A stretch of DNA of 64,000 bases, taken from the NCBI GenBank assembly GCA_964552565.1, contig CAZKGL010000001.1:435061-499060 (forward strand), written 5' to 3'. The stretch comes from an uncultured Gammaproteobacteria bacterium (lineage in GTDB: Bacteria > Patescibacteriota > Patescibacteriia > UBA9934). The notes under the pieces are model-generated. The model worked only from the letters and a program-made list of their open reading frames with translations. It had not been told where the DNA came from and ran no database searches. Positions 55,705-64,000 of the stretch are shown piece by piece. Position 1 is the first letter of the stretch. Every line of letters starts with the position of its first letter. Both the position numbers and the translations under genes were made by a program.

Positions 55705-58464
55705 CTAGGCGCCGTGGCATTTCTTGTACTTTTTCCCGGACCCACACGGGCAGGGGTCGTTGCGGCCGACATTATCGAACTTCTTTTCATCCGATGATGG
55801 CGTGGTTTGTGTGACGACCGTTGTCGCGGTCGATGCGTTCTTGGCTGCGCCGCTCATTTGCATGCCCTTGATGACCTGCGGCGCCAAGTCGATCAGCTTC
55901 TTCGTCGCGACCGCCTGGTCGAGGAGCTTAAAGAGGTTGTAGGCGACCTCGTGCTGTACCTCGTCCTGCATCGCGTTATACAAACGGAACGACTCATGCT
56001 TGTACTCGACAAGCGGGTCGCGCTGGGCGTAACCGCGCAGGCCGATGGTGTGGCGCAGGTACGTCATCTCGTCCAAATGACGCATCCAATGGCTGTCCAT
56101 GGCGCGCAAAAGGACGGTGCGTGCGATACGTTGTACCTGTTCCTGGCCGCCGAAGGTTTCCACCGTCGCATCGTACTTCGCATTCAAGTATCCCATCATC
56201 CGTTCGATGACCGCGCTGCGCTGCGCTGCCAACTTCTCCTTGTCGCGCGACAGCGACGGCAGGTCGGTACGGATGGCGGCCTTCGTTGCATCATCAAGCG
56301 GCACAATAGTGTGCAGCGTCTCGATAATTTCCTTCGGGTCCCAATCGCCCGCCTGTTTCTTGTCCGTAAAGTCGTCCGGGATGTCGGTATCGACGCCGGT
56401 GTGGAAAAGGACCACGCGCTCAAGCTCGCGCTCTACCATGCCCATGACTTCGGTGTGCGCAAACGCCAAATCGCCCTGCAAGAGCCGTCGGCGGCGTTCA
56501 TAGGTCGCAAGACGGTGCTTGTTGAGCACATCGTCATACTCAAGGACGTGCTTGCGGGTGTCGTAGTTGTGCCCTTCCACGCGCTGCTGCGCCTTCTCGA
56601 GCGCACTCGTGATCATCTTGCTTTCGATCGGGGTCGTGTCGTCAAAGCCGAGCTTGTCCATCATCCCCTTCACGCGGTTGCTGCCGAAAATGCGCATGAG
56701 GTCGTCGTCGAGCGACACGAAGAACTGCGTCGTGCCCGGGTCGCCCTGGCGCCCAGCGCGGCCGCGCAGCTGGTTATCGATGCGACGCGACTCATGGCGC
56801 TCCGTACCAATCACGCACAGGCCGCCAAGCGCGCGGATCTCCTCTGCCTCGTTCGCGTCCGGCGGGTTGCCGCCGAGGATGATGTCCACGCCGCGGCCGG
56901 CCATGTTCGTCGCGACGGTCACCGCACCCTTGCGGCCGGCCTGCGCGATAATCTCCGCTTCACGTTCGTGGTGCTTCGCGTTCAGGAGTTCGTGGCGGAC
57001 GCCGGCCATGCGCAACAGTTCGCTCAAGCGCTCGTTCTTGTCGACAGAAATGGTACCGATAAGCACCGGCTGCCCCTTTTCCTGAAGCGCCTTCACCTCT
57101 TTGACGATGGCGAGGAACTTGCCGTTCTCCGTCTTGTAGATGCGGTCCGGCAGGTCGACGCGCGCGTTCGTCTTGTTGGTCGGGATCTGCACGACCTCGA
57201 GGTTGTACGTCTTTGCAAACTCCTCAGCCTCGGTCGCCGCGGTACCGGTCATGCCGGCGAGCTTCGTGTAGAGGCGGAAGTAATTTTGGTAGGTAATCGT
57301 CGCGAGCGTGCGGCTTTCGCGCTGGATTTTGACGCCCTCCTTCGCCTCGATCGCCTGGTGCAAGCCTTCGCTGTAGCGGCGGCCTTCCATGACGCGGCCC
57401 GTGAACTCGTCGACGATCATCACCTCGCCGTCGCGGACGATGTAGTCGCGGTCGCGCAAAAACAGCGCATGCGCTTTCAGCGCCTGCTCGGCGTGGTGGA
57501 CCATCTCAAGGCCGCCCTGCTCGTACAAGTTGTCGATGCCAAGCGCCTTCTCTACCTTCTGCAACCCGGTCTCGGTGAAGGTCGACGAGCGCATCTTTTC
57601 GTCGATGTTGTAGTCCTCGCCCTCCTTCAGGCCGCGGACGATGTCGGCAAACCGGTAGTACGTGTCCGCGGACTCCGCAGCCGGCGCACTGATGATGAGC
57701 GGCGTGCGCGCCTCGTCAATAAGGATGGAGTCGACCTCGTCGACGATGGCGTAGTGCAGTTCGCGCTGCACCATGTGCGCCGCGTCCTGCGCCATGTTGT
57801 CGCGCAAATAATCAAACCCGTACTCGTTGTTCGTGCCGTAGGTAATGTCGCAGGCGTAGGCATCCTTGCGGCTGCCCGGACGGAGATAGTCCATCTGCAC
57901 GCGGAACGAGCTCGTTGACGCCTTCGCTTCGCCTTCTTCCGCCGTCTCCGGCACCGGCGCCTTGTACGCCGCATCAAAGACATAGCCGCTCTCGTGCTGG
58001 ATGCAGCCGACCGTCAGGCCTAAAAACCCGAACACGCGGCCCATCCAGACGGCGTCGCGCTTGGCGAGGTAGTCGTTGACCGTGACGACGTGGACGCCTT
58101 TGCCGGCGAGGGCGTTGAGGTACGTCGGCGCCACGGCGGTGAGCGTCTTCCCTTCACCGGTACGCATTTCCGAAATCTGCCCGCGATGGAGTGCGAGGCC
58201 GCCCATGAGCTGGACGTCGTACTGGCGCTGGCCGAGCGCGCGCTTGGACGCTTCCCGGACCACGGCAAACGCCTCGAACGCCAGGTCGTCGATAGCCGCG
58301 CCGTCCGCGAGGCGCTGCATGAATTCTGCGGTCTTCGCCTTCAGTTGGTCGTCCGTCAACGCCGCGATGGCGGGTTCAAACGCATTGATGGCGTCGACGT
58401 CGGCACGCAGCTGTTTGAGGACCTTTTCGTTGGGATCGCCGAAGATTTTGGAGAGGAAGGACAT
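55705..58464 (-). CDS. secA: Preprotein translocase ATPase SecA
   Basis: MRTGEGKT, VDEVDSILIDEARTPLIIS, TNMAGRGVDI, SEC-C GRNDPCPCGSGKKYKKCH. Confidence 0.98.
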   Translation of the reverse strand: MSFLSKIFGDPNEKVLKQLRADVDAINAFEPAIAALTDDQLKAKTAEFMQRLADGAAIDDLAFEAFAVVREASKRALGQRQYDVQLMGGLALHRGQISEMRTGEGKTLTAVAPTYLNALAGKGVHVVTVNDYLAKRDAVWMGRVFGFLGLTVGCIQHESGYVFDAAYKAPVPETAEEGEAKASTSSFRVQMDYLRPGSRKDAYACDITYGTNNEYGFDYLRDNMAQDAAHMVQRELHYAIVDEVDSILIDEARTPLIISAPAAESADTYYRFADIVRGLKEGEDYNIDEKMRSSTFTETGLQKVEKALGIDNLYEQGGLEMVHHAEQALKAHALFLRDRDYIVRDGEVMIVDEFTGRVMEGRRYSEGLHQAIEAKEGVKIQRESRTLATITYQNYFRLYTKLAGMTGTAATEAEEFAKTYNLEVVQIPTNKTNARVDLPDRIYKTENGKFLAIVKEVKALQEKGQPVLIGTISVDKNERLSELLRMAGVRHELLNAKHHEREAEIIAQAGRKGAVTVATNMAGRGVDIILGGNPPDANEAEEIRALGGLCVIGTERHESRRIDNQLRGRAGRQGDPGTTQFFVSLDDDLMRIFGSNRVKGMMDKLGFDDTTPIESKMITSALEKAQQRVEGHNYDTRKHVLEYDDVLNKHRLATYERRRRLLQGDLAFAHTEVMGMVERELERVVLFHTGVDTDIPDDFTDKKQAGDWDPKEIIETLHTIVPLDDATKAAIRTDLPSLSRDKEKLAAQRSAVIERMMGYLNAKYDATVETFGGQEQVQRIARTVLLRAMDSHWMRHLDEMTYLRHTIGLRGYAQRDPLVEYKHESFRLYNAMQDEVQHEVAYNLFKLLDQAVATKKLIDLAPQVIKGMQMSGAAKNASTATTVVTQTTPSSDEKKFDNVGRNDPCPCGSGKKYKKCHGA

Positions 58465-58546
58465 AGCGTCGATTACCGCAGAAGTTTGCCCCAAAAATGG
58501 GGGTTAGGCAAGCACCAGCCGATAGAATCGACTGTTTCGCCCCCGA

Positions 58547-58579
58547 ACCACCCCTTGCCCCTCCTTGGGAAGGAGGGGA
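58547..58579. repeat. Intergenic single REP-like unit
   Basis: ACCACCCCTTG-CCCCTCCTT-GGG-AAGGAGGGG-A, same architecture as the mnmA element's first unit. Confidence 0.65.
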
Positions 58580-58583
58580 AATG

Positions 58584-59975
58584 CTATTGCACCAGACGCC
58601 GCGCCACCTCGTCGATATCGCCGGCGCCCATGACGATGACGACGTCGCCGTCACGCAGATGCGCACGGAGCTTCGCCTCGGTTGCGTCGAGGTCCTGGGC
58701 GTACTCCATCGGACGCACCGCTCCGCTCCCCGCAGGAATCCGCTGCTGGATGGCGTTCAGGAGATCCATACTCGAGATCGCATCCGCCTCGTCCGTCCGG
58801 CCTTGCACACCGTAAATTTCCGTGAGGATAAGGACATCAGCGTCGTCGAACGCCGTGACGAACTCGTCGAAGAGTTCTTTCGTGCGGTTGTGCTGATGCG
58901 GCTGGAAGGCGAGCACGATGCGCCGACCAGGGAAAAACTCTTTCGCCGCGGCGAGCGTGCCGGTAATGGCAGTCGGATGGTGGCCGTAATCGGAGATGAC
59001 ATCGGCGCCGTTGCACGTGCCGACGCGCTCAAAGCGGCGCCAGATGCCGGTGAAGTTCATCAGCGTCTGGAGGGCGATGTGCGCACCAATCCCGTATTCC
59101 GACGCGATCGCGAGCGCGGCGAGCGCGTTCATCATGTTGAATGCGCCGGGAATCTGCAGCATGAGGTCGCCGATGATCGCGCGCCGGCGCAAGAATCCGC
59201 GCGACCGGTACAGGCGCAACAACTGATAGCCGCCTTCGAAACGGCGCGGCTCGGCGTCCATGGCGTCACCGAAGAACTTCAGCGTCGCCGTGCCGTCGCC
59301 GCGATAGATGCGCCGCGCGCGGTCGGCGGCATTGTGGAAAAATGTCTTTGTCGTCTGCATGCCGAGCTGGCGGAACATCGCTTCCATGTCCGCAAGGTCC
59401 TTGTACACGTCCGTGTGGTCCAGCTCGACGTTCGTGACGAGCGTCGTCTCCGGGTGCAGCGCGAGCACTTTCCGCTTGTACTCGTCGCCCTCGACGATAA
59501 GGATGTCGCTTGCGCCGATGCGCAGGTTCCCCAGCTCCCAGCCGGGAACGAGGCTGCCGACGAAGACCGTCGGGTCCATGCCGGCGTCTTCAAAAATCTT
59601 TCCGGTCATCGCCGTCGTCGTGGATTTCCCGTTCGTCCCCGTCACGCAAATCGTACGCATCGTCTTTGCAAGCTCCCCAAGGAATCCGAAGTGCCCGAGC
59701 TGGCGGATGCCGCGCCGCGCGGCCTCCGCGCGCTCGACGTTGTCCTCCCCCGCCGCCTCGGTGTACACGACAAGATCGCACGATGCGGGGATGTTCGCCG
59801 CGTCGTGGCCGATGGTGATCGTCGCGCCCCGCGCGGCGAGGTCGTCGGTCATCGCGGACCGGACCGTGTCGGAGCCGCTCACCGCAACGCCGCGCGAAAG
59901 CAAAAATTTCGCGACCGCGCTCACGCCGATCCCTCCCGCGCCGATGCAGTGCGCATGCTTCACCTCGTCCTGCAT
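58584..59975 (-). CDS. murC: UDP-N-acetylmuramate--L-alanine ligase
   Basis: IGAGGIGVS, GTNGKSTT, EGDE, DH.D, DYGHHP, FQPH. Confidence 0.95.
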   Translation of the reverse strand: MQDEVKHAHCIGAGGIGVSAVAKFLLSRGVAVSGSDTVRSAMTDDLAARGATITIGHDAANIPASCDLVVYTEAAGEDNVERAEAARRGIRQLGHFGFLGELAKTMRTICVTGTNGKSTTTAMTGKIFEDAGMDPTVFVGSLVPGWELGNLRIGASDILIVEGDEYKRKVLALHPETTLVTNVELDHTDVYKDLADMEAMFRQLGMQTTKTFFHNAADRARRIYRGDGTATLKFFGDAMDAEPRRFEGGYQLLRLYRSRGFLRRRAIIGDLMLQIPGAFNMMNALAALAIASEYGIGAHIALQTLMNFTGIWRRFERVGTCNGADVISDYGHHPTAITGTLAAAKEFFPGRRIVLAFQPHQHNRTKELFDEFVTAFDDADVLILTEIYGVQGRTDEADAISSMDLLNAIQQRIPAGSGAVRPMEYAQDLDATEAKLRAHLRDGDVVIVMGAGDIDEVARRLVQ

Positions 59976-59976
59976 A

Positions 59977-60303
59977 CTAGTCGTTTGCGGGACGCTCCGT
60001 CATGCGCTCCTTGCGTTCGATAAGCTGGCGCTTGAGGTCGTCCTTCGCGACATCGATCGCCGCGTACAGGTCCTCCTCGACCGACTCGGCGCGGAGCGTC
60101 GTGCCCGGGATGCTCATGGTAAATTCCGCCCGGAAAATCTTCCCCTTATTGTGGTGCTCGCTCGTCTTGCCGACGTCCGCAGACACGTCGCATGGGTTGT
60201 AACGCTCGCAAAACTTCTCAAGCGACTGGAGCTTCTGCTCGACGTACGCACGGATCGCCTCCGTGACCTCCATGTTCGTACCGATGATTTCCGTGATGCG
60301 CAT
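59977..60303 (-). CDS. hpf: Ribosome hibernation factor HPF/RaiA
   Basis: NMEVTEAIRAYVEQKL...DLYAAID...L.RQL. Confidence 0.9.
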   Translation of the reverse strand: MRITEIIGTNMEVTEAIRAYVEQKLQSLEKFCERYNPCDVSADVGKTSEHHNKGKIFRAEFTMSIPGTTLRAESVEEDLYAAIDVAKDDLKRQLIERKERMTERPAND

Positions 60304-60324
60304 AGAGTTGCATTTTACCATGAG

Positions 60325-61461
60325 TTATTTTGCCGCCTGTTCGGCTGACGCGGCCTCGGTCTTTGGCACGGTAAAGAGCATCTGGAAATAGGACAACATC
60401 CTTTCGCTGTGCGGCGCAAGGGGCACGTCAAGCAGCCGCAGCCGTTCCGTCATGCCTAGCTCCGCCGCGACCGCATTGACGAACCGCGTGTAGTTCACCG
60501 CGAACAGCGCGTCAAAAATCTCGTCGTCCGTCAGCGGCGTGCGCTCAAGCATCGCGCGGACCGCAGCCTTGCCCTTGGCAAATATGCCGCCGGAGATGCG
60601 GCCGTCGACCATGAGGACGCGCCAGCGGTCGTTTTCTTTGAATGCCCGGACATTGTTCGTGCCGATAAAATCGACCAGCCCTCCGGTTTCTTGACTGAAC
60701 GCCATTGCAGACCGAAGGAATGCGACGAGTTCCTTTCGGAGCTCGGGGTCATTTTTCGCCGTCTCGACAAACTCCTCGACGCCGGCGTCGCGCGCCATCA
60801 TCGGCACGCCGACATACGAATCCGGGTTCGGGGCGCAGTCGAGGTACGACGCATTCATGTCGGCGTAATCTTGGCCGTCGATTGCGGTGACGCCGGTCGC
60901 CTTTTCGACATACTTCATCTGGATGCCGTGCGACCCGGGTCCGAACGCCGCATCGGGAGCGCGTTCCTGGAGCGTGACGATCGTCGGGAATTCGTGGGTG
61001 CCGCGCGTCAGCCTGGGAAGCACCGCGTCCTGCCCCGCCAGCGTCTGGAGCGTCTCGTCCGTGACGGGGATGTCCATGATACGGATGCGCTCGTGCAGCA
61101 TGTACGGCGCAAAGTATTGTTTTGCCGTCCGTACGCTGCCCTGTTCCTTGCGCAGTTCGCGCGCGAGCAGCAGCCGCTGCCGGCGCGCGACTTCTTCCTT
61201 GGGCGTCCCGGGCGGCGCCTTCGTACGTTCATTCAGTGACCGGAGCAAGTGGATGCGGTGCACTTTCGCGACGATGCCCCGCGGCACGCCCTCTTGGTTT
61301 TCGAGCGTGAATACGGCATGCATGCCGCCCTCGCCGAGGAGTTCCGGCTTTGCGGCGATGATGAGCGGATGACGGTACATTTCACTCAGCGCCTCCGCAG
61401 CGAGCGCCTTCCGTTCTTCGTTTGCCGCGCCGGTCCTGAACCGGCCCGCTTCCGTGTTCAT
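60325..61461 (-). CDS. Hypothetical protein with protein-kinase-like motifs
   Basis: LGEGGMHAVF, IVAK, LVDFIGTNNV, VLMVD; start overlaps the murB stop. Confidence 0.65.
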   Translation of the reverse strand: MNTEAGRFRTGAANEERKALAAEALSEMYRHPLIIAAKPELLGEGGMHAVFTLENQEGVPRGIVAKVHRIHLLRSLNERTKAPPGTPKEEVARRQRLLLARELRKEQGSVRTAKQYFAPYMLHERIRIMDIPVTDETLQTLAGQDAVLPRLTRGTHEFPTIVTLQERAPDAAFGPGSHGIQMKYVEKATGVTAIDGQDYADMNASYLDCAPNPDSYVGVPMMARDAGVEEFVETAKNDPELRKELVAFLRSAMAFSQETGGLVDFIGTNNVRAFKENDRWRVLMVDGRISGGIFAKGKAAVRAMLERTPLTDDEIFDALFAVNYTRFVNAVAAELGMTERLRLLDVPLAPHSERMLSYFQMLFTVPKTEAASAEQAAK

Positions 61462-62432
61462 AGCGAGAAGCCAAGATACTGCACCTCTTCGTGGAGTTGG
61501 ATGCCGGCCTCGTTGCGGACGCGGGTTTTGATGAGCGCGATGAGCTGCACGATCTCGTCCGCAGTCGCGTTTCCTTTGTTGACGAGGAAGTTGCCGTGCG
61601 TTTCCGACACCATCGCGTCGCCGACGCGCGTGCCCTTCAGCCCGAGCTGGTCGATGATCCACCCGGACGCGATACGTTTGCGTGCGAGCATTTCTGGCGG
61701 CACGGGATAGCGCGCGGCAAGTTTCGCGATTTCCGACTCGTCCGTGTACTCCACGTTCTTGAACATGCAGCCTGCGCTCGACGACCCAAGCGGCTGGCTT
61801 GCCTTGCGGCCGGCGAGGTTCTTTTCGAGCTGTGCCATCGCCTCCGCGGCGTCGCCCTTCTTCAGCGCGAGCGTCGCGTCAAGGACAACGTCGGCGTTGC
61901 CCGGCTCTTTGAACATGCTGTGGCGGTATGCGAACCCGAGTTCATTCTTGTGGAGCGTCTTCAGCTCGCCGTCGTGGAGCACGCGTACCGACTCGACCGC
62001 GTCTTTCATCTCGCCGCCGAAGCAGCCCGCGTTGCCGCGCACGCCGCCGCCGATCGTCCCCGGGAGCGAGATGGCCCACTCGAACCCGCGCAGCCCGGCC
62101 TGCGCCGTGGCGCGAGCGACCGCCGCAGCAATGACGCCGGCCTCGGCGATGACGCGCGTCCCGTCGATTTTCATGCCGCGGTTCGCCGCCTTCACGAGAA
62201 GCCCGTCGAAGCCTTTGTCCGACGCAAGCGTGTTGCTGCCGCCGCCGAGGACGAAAAACGGGACGCCGGCGTCCTTCGCCATGCGTACGGCGTCGATGAT
62301 GTCTTGGCTTGACTGCGCCTCGACGAAATAGCGCGCCGGTCCGCCGATGCGGAAGTTGAGATGCTTCGCCAGCGGTTCGTCCTGCTTCGCCCTCGCCCCG
62401 AACCGTTCCGCCAACATGGCCGCAAAATCCAT
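61458..62432 (-). CDS. murB: UDP-N-acetylenolpyruvoylglucosamine reductase
   Basis: FRIGGPA, LGGGSNTL, PGTIGG...NAG, YRHS, SAGCMFKN, HGNFLVN. Confidence 0.95.
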   Translation of the reverse strand: MDFAAMLAERFGARAKQDEPLAKHLNFRIGGPARYFVEAQSSQDIIDAVRMAKDAGVPFFVLGGGSNTLASDKGFDGLLVKAANRGMKIDGTRVIAEAGVIAAAVARATAQAGLRGFEWAISLPGTIGGGVRGNAGCFGGEMKDAVESVRVLHDGELKTLHKNELGFAYRHSMFKEPGNADVVLDATLALKKGDAAEAMAQLEKNLAGRKASQPLGSSSAGCMFKNVEYTDESEIAKLAARYPVPPEMLARKRIASGWIIDQLGLKGTRVGDAMVSETHGNFLVNKGNATADEIVQLIALIKTRVRNEAGIQLHEEVQYLGFSL

Positions 62433-62482
62433 ACGAAGGAAGTCTAGCATTTCAGCGAAAAATCGGCTACCATGCTGGCAGT

Positions 62483-63781
62483 ATGATGAACCACCTGTTT
62501 CCCGCTGACCCGGCAGTCGCAAAGGCCCTCGAGGGCGAGCTCAACCGCGAACGCGACGGGCTTGAGATGATCCCCTCGGAAAATTTCGTGTCGCCGGCAG
62601 TGCTTGAGGCGCTCGGATCGATCGGCACGAACAAGTATTCGGAGGGGTACCCGGGAGGCCGGTACTACGGTGGCTGCGAATTCGTCGACGCAATCGAGAA
62701 CCTTGCTCGGGACCGCGCAAAGGCGCTGTTCAACGTGACGCACGCCAACGTCCAGCCGGCGTCGGGATGCGCGGCGAACATTGCGGTCATGTTTGCGTTG
62801 CTCGACCCGGGAGACACGCTCATGGGCATGTCGCTTGCGTTTGGGGGCCACATGACGCACGGCCGCCCCGGGAACTTCTCCGGCAAGTACTACACGTCGG
62901 TGCAGTACACGTCGGACGCAAACGGGTTCATGGATTTTGATCAGATGGCCGCCATGGCGAAGGAGCACCGACCGAAACTCATCATTGTCGGCGCGACGGC
63001 GTATCCGCGCATCATCGACTGGAAAAAGGCGCGCGAGATCGCGGACAGCGTCGGCGCGTTCTTGCTGGCCGACGTCTCGCATATCTCCGGCCTCATCATT
63101 TCCGGCGACCATCCGTCTCCTGCGGGAATCGCGGACGTCATCACGACGACGACGCACAAGACACTGCGCGGCCCGCGCGGTGCGATGATCTTGTGTAACG
63201 GCAATCCGTCGACGCCGCTCAAGGCCGCGGAGCGCACGCGCGAAAACCTGCCGACGCTTATCGACCGCGCCATCATCCCCGGCCTGCAGGGCGGGCCGCA
63301 CAACCACCAGACGGCGGCAATCGCGGTTGCCCTCAATGAGGCCGCCCGTCCGGACTTCACCGAGTACGGCCATCAGGTCATGAAAAACGCGAAGGCGCTT
63401 GCCGCAGCACTCACCGCGCGCGGCTATGCCCTCGTCACCGGAGGTACGGACAACCATCTCATGGTCGTCGACCTCACGAACAACGGCGTCTCGGGCAAAG
63501 AGGCGCAGGTTGCGCTGGACGCGGCAGGCATCACCGTCAACAAGAACACCGTGCCGTTCGATCCCCGCAAACCGTTCGACCCGTCGGGCATTCGCCTTGG
63601 CACTCCGGCGCTGACGACCCGCGGGATGCGCGAAGCGGATATGGAGCGCATCGCCGGCTGGATCGACGCCGCGATCCTTGCGCGCACCAACGCCGACCGT
63701 CTCTCGACAATCCGCAAAGAGATTCACGACTTCACTGCGCAGTTTCCGCTCTACGCCGGCCTCAGCTATACCGGCGAATAA
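62483..63781 (+). CDS. glyA: Serine hydroxymethyltransferase
   Basis: IPSENF, NKYSEGYPG.RYYGG, TTTTHKTLRGPRG, SGIRLGT. Confidence 0.97.
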   Translation: MMNHLFPADPAVAKALEGELNRERDGLEMIPSENFVSPAVLEALGSIGTNKYSEGYPGGRYYGGCEFVDAIENLARDRAKALFNVTHANVQPASGCAANIAVMFALLDPGDTLMGMSLAFGGHMTHGRPGNFSGKYYTSVQYTSDANGFMDFDQMAAMAKEHRPKLIIVGATAYPRIIDWKKAREIADSVGAFLLADVSHISGLIISGDHPSPAGIADVITTTTHKTLRGPRGAMILCNGNPSTPLKAAERTRENLPTLIDRAIIPGLQGGPHNHQTAAIAVALNEAARPDFTEYGHQVMKNAKALAAALTARGYALVTGGTDNHLMVVDLTNNGVSGKEAQVALDAAGITVNKNTVPFDPRKPFDPSGIRLGTPALTTRGMREADMERIAGWIDAAILARTNADRLSTIRKEIHDFTAQFPLYAGLSYTGE

Positions 63782-63782
63782 T

Positions 63783-64000
63783 ATGACCGAGATCCTGAAC
63801 GGCAACGTGCTCGCAAAAAACATCCGCGAGAAGGCGGCGCAGCGCATCGCGAACCTCCCGCACCCGCCGGGACTCGCGGTCATTTTGGTCGGCGACAACC
63901 CCGCGTCGCACCTGTACGTCGGCCTCAAGGAGCAGGCGGCGCGCGAGGTCGGCATTTACATTGAAAAGTTCTTGTTCGCGAGCGATGCGCCGGAAAAGGA
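63783..64000 (+). CDS. folD: Methylenetetrahydrofolate dehydrogenase/cyclohydrolase, N-terminal part (runs off window)
   Basis: MTEILNG...PGLAVILVGDNPASHLYV..K..A..EVGI translated by hand. Confidence 0.92.
   Translation, partial: MTEILNGNVLAKNIREKAAQRIANLPHPPGLAVILVGDNPASHLYVGLKEQAAREVGIYIEKFLFASDAPEK

Overview
GC-rich bacterial chromosome segment that is mostly housekeeping: typA (partial), rpoD, dnaG, three tRNAs, a DEAD-box helicase, dsbA-like, lgt, gatCA, ligA, arfB, a type IV pilus block (pilM, pseudo-receiver, pilin, pilD), RNase HI, recJ, lepA, mnmA, rluA-like, uppP, secDF, secA, murC, hpf, murB, glyA and folD (partial), interspersed with orphan genes. Gene content and short-leader start contexts suggest a Patescibacteria (CPR) genome; this is an inference. 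No CRISPR array, integrase or transposase was seen. The most unusual signals lie outside ordinary annotation. (1) A family of ~34-bp AT-armed palindromes centred on CGATCG/CGGCCG brackets a standalone wHTH + PaaX/Cas2-like gene and recurs elsewhere, including as a phased triplet inside an exact 154-bp direct repeat flanking three orphan genes. (2) GC-rich REP-like hairpins are inserted in frame in mnmA, a TraD/HerA-like ATPase, rluA and recJ. (3) SecD carries two parvulin PPIase domains. Start codons were chosen by eye and family assignments come from motif recognition, not database searches.
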